Source of the DNA: Solobacterium sp.
GTDB taxonomy: Bacteria; Bacillota_I; Bacilli_A; Erysipelotrichales; Erysipelotrichaceae
Assembly (NCBI GenBank): GCA_024696355.1
Contig: JAILGV010000032.1
Coordinates: 9,482-33,481 of the forward strand
Direction of reading: 5' to 3'
Length of the DNA: 24,000 nucleotides
Shown: positions 8,604 through 16,581 of the stretch, piece after piece
Position numbering within the stretch: the stretch's first letter is position 1
Layout: each line of letters begins with the position of its first letter
Notes under the pieces: model-generated
What the model was told of the DNA's origin: nothing
Database searches by the model: none
The model's input: only the letters and a program-made list of their open reading frames with translations
Position numbers and translations under genes: made by a program

Positions 8604-9468
8604 ACTGTTTTATGACGTTTTTGAAGAAGCGGATGATATCTGCACGCATGGTTTTGACCGCTGCCGACTGATATCCGCCTCCGCGCCAGGACAGGTTGAT
8701 GTATCTGTAGCAGTGCGGGTATTCGATCTCCTTCAGGACAAAATTATCGTAGTTCAGATCCGTCCATGTCACGGAAGGAATAAAGCATATGCCGAGTCCT
8801 GCCTGCACAAGACCTCTCACCGTATCCGGTGAATCACTCTCAAGAATAATATCCGGTTCAATGCCTGCCATGCGGCAGTACGCATCCGCTGCGATGCGAA
8901 GGTTCTTTCCTTTTTCAAGGGCGATAAATTTCATGTCTTTTGTGTCTGACAGACGGACATGTTTTTTCTCCGCAAGAGGATCGTTTTTCGGAACCGCCAG
9001 CAGGAGTTCCTCCTGAAGCAGGATGACGGAATCCGGATCCTCCGGACGGTGAATGGACGATGTGACGGTAAGATCACATTCCTCATTGCTTCTGCCGAGC
9101 GTCAGATGCAGGGCAATATCCGGATATTTGTTCTGAAACTCAATAATAAACTGCGTCATCAGTTTTGACGCCGCCTGCACGGAAACCGATACGGATGACA
9201 TCTGATCACCCTTCATCTCCCTGATCTCGCTGTAAATGTCCTCTGTTTCCTTCAGAATCCTTTTGGCGTGCTTTAATACTGCCTCCCCGTATTGATTGAG
9301 GACTATCTTTTTGCCGGATCTGTCAAACAGACTGACGCCCAGTTCAGCCTCCAGATTAGAGATCGTCCGGCTCAGTGAAGGCTGTGCAACATGAAGCTGT
9401 TCCGCCGCCTTTGTGACATGTTCAAGCTCTGCTACTTTGCGGAAATATTCCAGTGAATGAAGATCCAT
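8602..9468 (-). CDS. LysR-family transcriptional regulator, divergent from the decarboxylase operon
   Basis: The N-terminal winged HTH MDLHSLEYFRKVAELEHVTKAAEQLHVAQPSLSRTISNLEAELGVSLFDR is a canonical LysR signature. A C-terminal substrate-binding domain of typical length follows. Confidence 0.92.
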   Translation of the reverse strand: MDLHSLEYFRKVAELEHVTKAAEQLHVAQPSLSRTISNLEAELGVSLFDRSGKKIVLNQYGEAVLKHAKRILKETEDIYSEIREMKGDQMSSVSVSVQAASKLMTQFIIEFQNKYPDIALHLTLGRSNEECDLTVTSSIHRPEDPDSVILLQEELLLAVPKNDPLAEKKHVRLSDTKDMKFIALEKGKNLRIAADAYCRMAGIEPDIILESDSPDTVRGLVQAGLGICFIPSVTWTDLNYDNFVLKEIEYPHCYRYINLSWRGGGYQSAAVKTMRADIIRFFKNVIKQ

Positions 9469-9499
9469 TGCCGTCTCCTTTTTCTTATAACAATTTCAG

Positions 9500-9553
9500 T
9501 ATATATCCGTAACTCACTATATATCAATAGATATATAGATCCGATGCTATATT
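9500..9553. promoter_or_regulatory. Candidate LysR operator and divergent promoter region
   Basis: TATATATC occurs at 9500-9507 and 9518-9525, and its exact inverted copy GATATATA at 9530-9537. The last two form a 20-bp perfect dyad with a 4-bp spacer. A TATATT -10-like hexamer at 9548-9553 lies 37 nt before the ATG at 9590. No convincing -35 element is seen. Confidence 0.4.
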
Positions 9554-9589
9554 GATCTTGTTAAATAAGGATCGGAAAGGAAACTGAAA

Positions 9590-11218
9590 ATGAATTGGAA
9601 TATTGAGCGCCAGTCAAAGGCAGAACGGCTCGAAGCCGCATCCGCGTATATTTCCGGCAAAGAAGTATCAACCGAAAATATCGTAAAAGTACTGGAAACC
9701 ATCATTCATCCTGCAGACAAAGTTGTTCTGGAGGGATGCAACCAGAAACAGGCCGCTTTCCTGGCCGGAGCACTGACCAGGGTAGATCCCGAAAAAGTGA
9801 ATCATCTCAACATGATCATTCCTTCAATTTCACGCAATGAGCATCTTGAAGTATTTGAAAAAGGCATTGCCGAGGAACTGAACTTCGCATTTGCCGGTGT
9901 TCAGTCACTGCAGCTGGCACAGATGCTTGCCGCAAAGAAGCTCCGCATCGGTGCCATTCACACTTATCTGGAGCTTTACGGAAGACTGTACGTTGATCTG
10001 ACACCGAATATCTGCCTGATCGCCGCAGACAAAGCGGACAGAAACGGCAATCTGTACACCGGATACAACACGGAGGAAACTCCCATGATTGCGGAAGCTG
10101 CCGCATTTAAAAACGGCATCGTTCTCGCTCAGGTCAATGAAATTGTCGATACATGCGACCTTCCCCGCGTAGATATTCCGGGTGACTGGACAGACCTCAT
10201 CGTCAGGGCAGATGAACCGTATCCGATGGAGCCTCTGTTTACAAGAGATCCTGCCAAAATCCAGGATATGCACATCCTGATGGGCATGATGGTCATCAAG
10301 GGCATTTATGCAAAGCACAATGTCATGAGCCTCAACCATGGCATCGGATACAACGGCGCCGCAATCGAACTGCTTCTGCCGACATACGGAAACGAACTCG
10401 GCCTGAAGGGCAAGATTGCCACTCACTGGGTACTTAACCCGCATCCGACCCTGATTCCGGCTATCGAAGACGGCTGGGTAAAGCAGGTATGCGCATTCGG
10501 CGGTGAACTGGGCATGGACAGATATACAGCAGCTCATTCTGATATTTTCTTCACCGGAAGGGACGGATCCCTCAGATCCAACCGTGCCGCCGCACAGGTT
10601 GCCGGCCTTTACGGCATGGACCTCTTCCTCGGCGGAACACTCCAGATGGACTATCACGCAAATTCCTCAACTGTAACCAACGGACGTCTGAGCGGATACG
10701 GCGGAGCACCCAACATGGGCAACAGCTCCGGAGGAAGAAGACACGTCACAAAAGCATGGAGCGATATGGCTCCCGGAAACGGTTCCCTGATCAGCGGACG
10801 CAAGCTTGTTGTCCAGATGGTGAAGAGCTCATCCAAGTTCGGACCTGCGTTTGTTCCGGAACTTGATGCCGTCAAAATCGGCAGAGAAGCCGGAATGGAA
10901 AATGTGCCGGTTATGATCTACGGCGAAGATGTAACGCATACCGTTACCGAGCAGGGCATTGCGTATCTCTATGCCGCTGAAAGCGAAGAGGAAAAGACAA
11001 AGCTCCTCGGCGCTGTCGCTCAGGGAACACCGATCGGAGATCTTGTCACAAAAGAGGAAATCGACGCCTTCCGTGCAGCAGGCAAGGTTGCATATCCGGA
11101 AGACCTCGGCATCGATCCTGCCCGCGCCAACAAGAGCATGCTCGCTGCAAAAACACTTGATGAGATCTCCGAGATTTCCGGAGGCCTCTACGAAGTTCCG
11201 GAAAAATTCAGAAAGTAG
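9590..11218 (+). CDS. Malonate decarboxylase alpha-subunit homolog (MdcA/MadA-like acyl transferase of the CoA-transferase superfamily)
   Basis: The 542-aa protein carries blocks I recognise from MdcA: LEGCNQKQAAFL, GAIHTYLELYGRLYVDL, ADKADRNGNLYTGYNTEETP, LPRVDIPGDW, EPLFTRDP, SLNHGIGYN, NPHPTLIPAIE, GRDGSLRSNR, GYGGAPNMG, KLVVQMV and GIAYLY. Its length matches MdcA at about 550 aa. An AAAGGAAA SD-like sequence lies upstream. Confidence 0.88.
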   Translation: MNWNIERQSKAERLEAASAYISGKEVSTENIVKVLETIIHPADKVVLEGCNQKQAAFLAGALTRVDPEKVNHLNMIIPSISRNEHLEVFEKGIAEELNFAFAGVQSLQLAQMLAAKKLRIGAIHTYLELYGRLYVDLTPNICLIAADKADRNGNLYTGYNTEETPMIAEAAAFKNGIVLAQVNEIVDTCDLPRVDIPGDWTDLIVRADEPYPMEPLFTRDPAKIQDMHILMGMMVIKGIYAKHNVMSLNHGIGYNGAAIELLLPTYGNELGLKGKIATHWVLNPHPTLIPAIEDGWVKQVCAFGGELGMDRYTAAHSDIFFTGRDGSLRSNRAAAQVAGLYGMDLFLGGTLQMDYHANSSTVTNGRLSGYGGAPNMGNSSGGRRHVTKAWSDMAPGNGSLISGRKLVVQMVKSSSKFGPAFVPELDAVKIGREAGMENVPVMIYGEDVTHTVTEQGIAYLYAAESEEEKTKLLGAVAQGTPIGDLVTKEEIDAFRAAGKVAYPEDLGIDPARANKSMLAAKTLDEISEISGGLYEVPEKFRK

Positions 11219-11232
11219 ACGGAGGACAGGAT

Positions 11233-12780
11233 ATGGCTACAAAAAAACAGCAGGAAATGCTGGACAGAAAGAAAGCCCTCATGCAGGGCGGCGGTGAAAA
11301 AGCCATCGCCAGACAGCACTCACTTGGCAAGTATACAGCCCGTGAGCGCATTGAAAAATTCTTTGATGAAGGAACATTTACGGAAACCGGTCTGTTTGTA
11401 AAGCACCGCTGCACAAACTTCGGCATGGAAAAGAAAGACCTTGCCGGGGACGGTGTCGTAACCGGATACGGAAAGGTCAACGGCAGGCTTGTTTATGCGG
11501 CTGCGCAGGACTTTACCGTAGTCGGCGGATCGCTCGGCGAAATGCACGCTTCCAAGATCGCCGCAGCTCAGGAGGCTGCCATGAAGGTCGGTGCTCCGAT
11601 GGTCTGCATTAATGACTCCGGAGGAGCACGTATCCAGGAAGGCGTTGACGCGCTGTCCGGCTACGGAAGAATCTTCTACAACAATACGATCGCTTCCGGC
11701 GTTATCCCCCAGATCTCAGTAATCATGGGTCCGTGTGCCGGCGGTGCGGTATACTCACCGGCAATTACCGACTTTATATTCATGGTTCAGGGCACGGGAC
11801 AGATGTACATCACAGGTCCCAATGTCATCAAGACAGTTACCGGCGAGGAAGTTACCGGTGAAGCACTCGGCGGAGCCGATGCACACAACAGAATTTCCGG
11901 TGTCGCGCACTTCAGCTGTGCAAACGAAGATGAATGCCTGAATCAGATCAGGGAACTGCTCAGCTATCTCCCCTCCAATCACCTCGACGCCGCACCTTCC
12001 TATGAATGCAGCGACCCGGTCACAAGAGCTGATGAAGCGCTTGACAGTCTGGTTCCCGAAAATCCCAACAGACCCTACGATGTCAAAGACATTATTGAAA
12101 AAATTGCCGACAACGGATATTTCCTTGAAGTCCAGGAGGCATATGCACGCAATATCGTGACATGCTTCATCCGCATCAACGGTGAATCAGTCGGCGTCAT
12201 TGCAAACCAGCCGAAAGTCAATGCCGGCTGTCTGGACATCAACGCGGCAGACAAGGCAGCCCGGTTCATCCGTACCTGCGACTGCTTCAATATCCCGCTG
12301 CTTACTCTTGAAGATACTCCGGGCTTCCTGCCGGGCACAGCACAGGAACACGGCGGCATCATCCGCCACGGCGCAAAGCTTCTGTATGCCTACAGCGAGG
12401 CAAGCGTTCCCATGGTGACAGTCATCATGAGAAAAGCATACGGCGGCGCATACATCGGCATGTGCTCCAAGCACCTGGGTTCTGACATCGTATACGCATG
12501 GCCCGATTCAGAAATCGCCGTCATGGGCGGAGACGGTGCTGCAAATATCATTTTCGCAAAGGAAATCAAAGCCGCCGAAGATCCTGCCGCAAAGAGAGCA
12601 GAAAAACTTGCGGAGTACCAGCAGATGGCAATGAATCCCTATGTCGCAGCAGCCAGAGGCTACGTTGACGATGTCATCATGCCTCATGACACACGCCGTG
12701 CCATAGCCGGTGCATTTGAGTCCCTGAAGGGCAAACAGGTTTACAAGCCGCGCAAGAAACACGGAAATATTCCGCTGTAA
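11233..12780 (+). CDS. Acyl-CoA carboxyltransferase, methylmalonyl-CoA decarboxylase alpha / PccB type
   Basis: The 515-aa protein has GKYTARERIEKFFDEGTF, DFTVVGGSLGEMHASKI, INDSGGARIQEG, MGPCAGGAVYSPA, the C-terminal-half motif LEDTPGFLPG...EHGGIIRHGAKLLYAY, and the terminal KKHGNIPL. These are typical of MmdA/PccB/12S transcarboxylase. GGAGGA lies 6 nt upstream, and the gap after the previous gene is 14 nt. Confidence 0.92.
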   Translation: MATKKQQEMLDRKKALMQGGGEKAIARQHSLGKYTARERIEKFFDEGTFTETGLFVKHRCTNFGMEKKDLAGDGVVTGYGKVNGRLVYAAAQDFTVVGGSLGEMHASKIAAAQEAAMKVGAPMVCINDSGGARIQEGVDALSGYGRIFYNNTIASGVIPQISVIMGPCAGGAVYSPAITDFIFMVQGTGQMYITGPNVIKTVTGEEVTGEALGGADAHNRISGVAHFSCANEDECLNQIRELLSYLPSNHLDAAPSYECSDPVTRADEALDSLVPENPNRPYDVKDIIEKIADNGYFLEVQEAYARNIVTCFIRINGESVGVIANQPKVNAGCLDINAADKAARFIRTCDCFNIPLLTLEDTPGFLPGTAQEHGGIIRHGAKLLYAYSEASVPMVTVIMRKAYGGAYIGMCSKHLGSDIVYAWPDSEIAVMGGDGAANIIFAKEIKAAEDPAAKRAEKLAEYQQMAMNPYVAAARGYVDDVIMPHDTRRAIAGAFESLKGKQVYKPRKKHGNIPL

Positions 12781-12789
12781 GGAGGAAAT

Positions 12790-13128
12790 ATGTTCGGAGA
12801 TGAAGTTTCTGTATTGCAGGCGCTGCAGATCTCTGCAGTCAGTATCCTGATCGTATTTCTGGTCCTTCTGTCAATTTCCTGGCTGATCAGAATTACGGCA
12901 GTGATCATCAACAGACCTGCAAAGAAGGAAATCAGGGAAGTTCCCGCCGCAGAAGCACCGGCAGAGCCTGCAGAAGAAGTCAGGGATGATTCAGATAAGT
13001 TCATTCTTGCCGCAGCTGCCGTAGCTGCATATCTCGGCACAGACCGTTTTGTAATCAGAAGTATCAGAAAAGCAAATGAAGAAGGCAGCTGGGCTGCCAG
13101 AAGCCGTACAGGCTTCCTGGATGAATAA
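12790..13128 (+). CDS. OadG/MmdD-like small membrane anchor subunit of a Na+-translocating decarboxylase
   Basis: The 112-aa protein has one N-terminal transmembrane helix (ISAVSILIVFLVLLSISWLI) followed by an Ala/Pro/Glu-rich linker. It sits between the carboxyltransferase and BCCP genes, as in mmdADCB. An AGGAGG SD is present. Confidence 0.75.
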   Translation: MFGDEVSVLQALQISAVSILIVFLVLLSISWLIRITAVIINRPAKKEIREVPAAEAPAEPAEEVRDDSDKFILAAAAVAAYLGTDRFVIRSIRKANEEGSWAARSRTGFLDE

Positions 13129-13143
13129 GAGGAGAGAAAAAAT

Positions 13144-13512
13144 ATGTCAGTTAAAACATTCCGCATTGTAATGGACGGCGTTGAACACATTGTTGAAGTA
13201 GAAGAGCTCGGCGGAGTATCCGCTCCCGCACCCGCTGCCGTTTCTGCTGCACCGGCACCTGCACCCGCACCCAAGAAGAAAGCTTCCGCTGCACCTTCAG
13301 CCGGAGATATCCTGGCTCCTCTGCAGGGAACAGTTTCCGCAGTCAATGTCAAAGCCGGCGATTCCGTCAAGGAAGGCCAGATTGTTGCAATTATTGAAGC
13401 TATGAAGATGGAGAATGAAATCGCCGCACCCAGAGATGCTGTTGTTGCAGGTGTCTCTGTCAACCCCGGTGATAAAGTTAATGCCGATGATCTTCTGATC
13501 AGCCTGAAGTAA
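13144..13512 (+). CDS. Biotin carboxyl carrier protein (MmdC/GcdC-like)
   Basis: The biotinylation motif EAMKMENEI lies 35 residues from the C-terminus, preceded by an Ala/Pro linker (APAPAAVSAAPAPAPAPKKK). The N-terminus FRIVMDGVEHIVEVEE matches decarboxylase carrier subunits. A GAGGAGAG SD is present. Confidence 0.9.
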   Translation: MSVKTFRIVMDGVEHIVEVEELGGVSAPAPAAVSAAPAPAPAPKKKASAAPSAGDILAPLQGTVSAVNVKAGDSVKEGQIVAIIEAMKMENEIAAPRDAVVAGVSVNPGDKVNADDLLISLK

Positions 13513-13525
13513 AGGAGGAGATGTC

Positions 13526-14689
13526 ATGCTTGATATTCTTCTGCAGTTCTGGCAGGGATCAGGTCTGGCACAGCTGTTTGAACTCAACGTTGAATTGTTC
13601 GGCATAGCTCTTCCGGGCTATCTGATCATGCTGATGCTTGCCTGCTTATTCCTGTATCTGGCGATCGGAAGAGGATATGAGCCGTATCTTCTGATTCCCA
13701 TTGCGTTCGGTATGCTGCTGGTCAATCTGCCCCTTGCGGGATTAATGGAACACGCTACCGCATCCGCCAAGGGAGGCCTGCTCTACTATCTTTATCAGGG
13801 TGTTGATCTGGGTATCTATCCCCCGCTGATCTTCCTGTGCATCGGTGCCGGAACAGACTTCGGACCGCTGCTGGCAAATCCGAAGAGCCTGCTTTTAGGT
13901 GCTGCTGCCCAGCTCGGTATCTTCTTTACCTTCCTGGGAGCCATCCTGCTCGGCTTTACCGGACCGGAAGCCGCTTCAATCGGCATCATCGGCGGAGCCG
14001 ACGGCCCTACGGCACTTCTGCTGACCTCTCAGCTGGCACCCCAGCTTCTCGGTGCAATTGCCATCGCTGCGTATTCCTATATGGCTCTTGTACCTGTTAT
14101 TCAGCCGCCGATCATCAAGCTTCTTACAACCGAAAAGGAACGTAAGATCAAGATGTCGCAGCTGCGTCAGGTTTCCAAAAAGGAAAAGATCGTCTTCCCG
14201 ATTGCAGTAACACTGTTTACGTGTCTTCTGCTTCCGGATGCCTCCCCGCTGATCGGAATGCTGATGCTCGGCAATCTGCTCAAGGAATCCGGCAGAGTTC
14301 CGCTGTTATGCTCCTGTCTGGAAAAATCACTGATGTATATCGTCTCTGTTTTCCTCGGCCTGACAGTCGGTGCCAAAGCAACAGCTGAAATGTTCCTGCG
14401 TGCAGAAACATTGAAAATTATCCTTCTCGGCATCATTGCCTTCAGTCTCGGCACAGCCGGCGGCGTTATCCTCGGTAAAATCATGTGCAGACTGGACGGC
14501 GGAAAAACAAATCCCATGATCGGTGCGGCAGGCGTATCTGCTGTTCCGATGGCTGCCCGTGTCGTACAGAAGGAAGGCCAGAAGTACAATCCTTCCAACT
14601 TCCTCCTCATGCATGCCATGGGTCCGAATGTGGCGGGCGTGATCGGCTCTGCAGTCGCAGCCGGAATGCTCATGCTGTTCTTCAAATAA
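13526..14689 (+). CDS. Na+-translocating carboxybiotin decarboxylase beta subunit (OadB/MmdB/GcdB/MadB family)
   Basis: The 387-aa polytopic membrane protein has the family-typical length and blocks such as IGAGTDFGPLLANPK, GIIGGADGPT, GNLLKESG and MGPNVAGVIGSAVAAG. An AGGAGG SD is present. Confidence 0.92.
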   Translation: MLDILLQFWQGSGLAQLFELNVELFGIALPGYLIMLMLACLFLYLAIGRGYEPYLLIPIAFGMLLVNLPLAGLMEHATASAKGGLLYYLYQGVDLGIYPPLIFLCIGAGTDFGPLLANPKSLLLGAAAQLGIFFTFLGAILLGFTGPEAASIGIIGGADGPTALLLTSQLAPQLLGAIAIAAYSYMALVPVIQPPIIKLLTTEKERKIKMSQLRQVSKKEKIVFPIAVTLFTCLLLPDASPLIGMLMLGNLLKESGRVPLLCSCLEKSLMYIVSVFLGLTVGAKATAEMFLRAETLKIILLGIIAFSLGTAGGVILGKIMCRLDGGKTNPMIGAAGVSAVPMAARVVQKEGQKYNPSNFLLMHAMGPNVAGVIGSAVAAGMLMLFFK

Positions 14690-14695
14690 TCTCTG

Positions 14696-14722
14696 AAATG
14701 CCGGGTCCGGACCCGGCATTTT
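14696..14722. terminator. Bidirectional rho-independent terminator between convergent transcription units
   Basis: A perfect 11-bp stem pairs AAATGCCGGGT with ACCCGGCATTT around a CCGG loop. TTTT follows on the plus strand and TTTCAGAG on the minus strand. It lies 7 nt after the beta-subunit stop and 74 nt after the stop at 14796. Confidence 0.75.
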
Positions 14723-14795
14723 ACTTTCTCATACAATGCATGAAATCTGTATCCCGAAGACATTTGAAAGGACCGGCGCTTACTGCCGGTCCCTG

Positions 14796-15329
14796 TTACT
14801 TTCCGCTTTCAACGTGTGCCAGAATTCCGTCGCCTTCCGCTTCAATGTCCGTCAGGCTGATGCTGCTGTTTCTCGCCTTCAGGAAAGCCGCAAGACGCTG
14901 AGCCTGCCCTTTGGAGCTGGTCACGTCCATGGCACTGTCGCTGCCGCTGATCAGATATACGTTCCAGTTGTCCTTTTTTCCTTTTTCCCCTCTGATTTCC
15001 TTCAGGTCCCTGTAATAAAACTCCCTGATCTTTCTGTCATAGATCAGCATTCTGTCTTCCAGAAGAAATGCCTGACCGATAATATAGCTGTCATTGTATT
15101 CCTTCCAGTTTCTGATCTTTCTCAGTTTTCCGGATATGGAGAATCTTTCTCCGTAAAACATCGCCAGCAGTACGGCAAGCACTGCAGCCATGATAAATAC
15201 CAGAATTCTTAACAGCATGATTTTTGTCCTGAAGTACGCAAATGCCAGTATGAAAATCACAACAGAGACTGCCGGCAGAATCACCAGATATTTCATTGAA
15301 ATAAAGGCGTGCAGATAGCTTTTTACCAT
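14796..15329 (-). CDS. Hypothetical membrane protein with two N-terminal transmembrane helices and a soluble C-terminal domain
   Basis: The ATG at 15329 lies 2 nt after the TGA of the upstream DAHP synthase gene (TGATTATG), with GGGAG 8 nt upstream. Hydrophobic segments are YLVILPAVSVVIFILAFAYF and ILVFIMAAVLAVLLAMFY. I recognise no family with confidence. Confidence 0.65.
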   Translation of the reverse strand: MVKSYLHAFISMKYLVILPAVSVVIFILAFAYFRTKIMLLRILVFIMAAVLAVLLAMFYGERFSISGKLRKIRNWKEYNDSYIIGQAFLLEDRMLIYDRKIREFYYRDLKEIRGEKGKKDNWNVYLISGSDSAMDVTSSKGQAQRLAAFLKARNSSISLTDIEAEGDGILAHVESGK

Positions 15330-15331
15330 AA

Positions 15332-16366
15332 TCAGAACTCCCACTGATCTGCCAGTTCACAGATCAGATCTTCACTTTTCTGCCATCCCAGGCACGGATC
15401 GGTGATTGATTTTCCGTAGCAGTGCTCATTTGCTTTCTGGCTTCCGTCCTCAAGATAGCTCTCAATCATGAGTCCTTTGACAAGCTTCCTGATATCACTG
15501 CTGACTTTGCGGCTGTAGAGAACATCCTTCGAAATACGGATCTGCTGAAGGTATTTCTTGCCTGAGTTGGAATGATTGCAGTCAACAATGACTGCCGGAT
15601 TTGCCAGACCGCGTTCACTGTACAGCCTGCTGCATTCCATCAGCTCCTCATAATGATAATTCGGGATATTTCTTCCGTATTTGTCAACATATCCTCTCAG
15701 GATAATATGCGCATGGGGATTTCCCTTGGTGTGAACCTCCCATGTACGGTACTGGAATGTATGTGCAGACTGCGCCGCAACAACTGAATTCATCATGACA
15801 TTCAGGTCTCCCCCGGTGGGATTCTTCATTCCCGCAGCGATGCCGATGCCGCTTGCCACCAGACGGTGCTGCTGGTTTTCCACTGACCGTGCACCGACGG
15901 CAACATAGGAAAGAAGGTCATCCAGGTATACATGGTTTTCCGGGTATAGCATTTCATCCGCGCATGTAAACCCTGTCTGCTCAGCTGTTTTCAGATGCAT
16001 ATTTCTGATTGCAATCAGTCCCTGAAGAAGATCCTCCTTCTTTTCCGGATCCGGCTGATACATCATTCCCTTATAACCCAGACCGATTGTCCTCGGCTTG
16101 TTGGTGTAAATTCTGGGAACCATAAAAATCCTGTCGATTACCTTGTCCTGAACTTTTCTGAGTCTTCCCATATATTCAAGCACAGGGTCTTCATGATCGG
16201 CCGAACACGGGCCTATAATCAGAAGCATTCTTCTGTCCCTGCCTTCAATAATATCTTTAATGGTCTGATCCCGTTCCGCCTTGATCTTCTTAATTTCGCT
16301 GCTGACCGGATTCAGGCTCTTCAGTTCGTCCGGTCCGGGGAGCTTCCTAGAAAATTCCATGTCCAT
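15332..16366 (-). CDS. 3-deoxy-7-phosphoheptulonate (DAHP) synthase, class I alpha (AroF/G/H type)
   Basis: LLIIGPCSADHEDP, RIYTNKPRT, GARSVENQQHR and GMKNPTGG are motifs of the E. coli AroG-type family. A GGAGA SD lies upstream of the ATG at 16366. Confidence 0.92.
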   Translation of the reverse strand: MDMEFSRKLPGPDELKSLNPVSSEIKKIKAERDQTIKDIIEGRDRRMLLIIGPCSADHEDPVLEYMGRLRKVQDKVIDRIFMVPRIYTNKPRTIGLGYKGMMYQPDPEKKEDLLQGLIAIRNMHLKTAEQTGFTCADEMLYPENHVYLDDLLSYVAVGARSVENQQHRLVASGIGIAAGMKNPTGGDLNVMMNSVVAAQSAHTFQYRTWEVHTKGNPHAHIILRGYVDKYGRNIPNYHYEELMECSRLYSERGLANPAVIVDCNHSNSGKKYLQQIRISKDVLYSRKVSSDIRKLVKGLMIESYLEDGSQKANEHCYGKSITDPCLGWQKSEDLICELADQWEF

Positions 16367-16393
16367 ATCAGATTTCTCCGTTTGAATAAATGC

Positions 16394-16422
16394 AGTTTAT
16401 CATTCACAGTCTTTCATCACAA
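16394..16422 (-). promoter_or_regulatory. Candidate sigma-70-type promoter for the DAHP synthase gene
   Basis: On the minus strand, TTGTGA (16422-16417), a 17-nt spacer and TAAACT (16399-16394) lie about 30 nt upstream of the ATG. This rests on sequence pattern only. Confidence 0.3.
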
Positions 16423-16431
16423 GAAAGATAC

Positions 16432-16456
16432 AAAAAAAAGAGGGCAATATCCCCCT
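16432..16456 (-). terminator. Short hairpin plus U8 tract downstream of the 38-aa ORF
   Basis: The minus-strand RNA reads CAGGGGGAUAUUGCCCUCUUUUUUUUG. It forms a 5-bp GC-rich stem (one G-U pair) followed by eight U residues. Confidence 0.45.
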
Positions 16457-16464
16457 GTGATTTA

Positions 16465-16581
16465 TCAGAAGCGGATTTCCGCCGTCACTTCGTCTATTTC
16501 TTCCTGGGTAAGGGCCTTTCCATGATATTCGAAGATTTCTTCCTCATCCAGAACATCTTTATCACGGCTGTTGTCATCCAT
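16465..16581 (-). CDS. Unannotated small acidic ORF (38 aa): MDDNSRDKDVLDEEEIFEYHGKALTQEEIDEVTAEIRF
   Basis: This ORF falls below the ORF-track size cutoff. The ATG at 16581 is preceded by GGGAGG with a 7-nt spacer. A candidate promoter lies upstream (TTGATT at 16636-16631, 16-nt spacer, TATCAT at 16614-16609), and a U8 terminator lies downstream. Coding status is not proven. Confidence 0.4.
   Translation of the reverse strand: MDDNSRDKDVLDEEEIFEYHGKALTQEEIDEVTAEIRF

Noticed and set aside
13213-13305. A GC-rich repetitive stretch (gcacccgc/gcaccggc units) that looks like a tandem repeat.
   Set aside because: It is in frame within the BCCP gene. It encodes the Ala/Pro-rich flexible linker (APAPAAVSAAPAPAPAP) that is normal for biotin carrier subunits, so it is not a repeat element or CRISPR array.
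5554-14763. Long ORFs antisense to recognised genes, such as 5554-6078 (+), 6458-7201 (+), 9905-10657 (-), 12741-13463 (-) and 14167-14763 (-). The ORF at 22552-23217 (+), opposite tnpB, is the same kind.
   Set aside because: Each lies fully opposite a gene with clear family motifs. They lack SD sequences and translate to low-complexity, Ser/Arg/Ala/Cys-rich sequence typical of shadow ORFs.
16432-16581. The 38-aa ORF plus U8 hairpin could be an aromatic-amino-acid attenuation leader for DAHP synthase.
   Set aside because: The peptide has no run of Phe/Tyr/Trp codons near its end. I could not find an alternative antiterminator pairing. A separate promoter-like sequence lies between the hairpin and the synthase gene.
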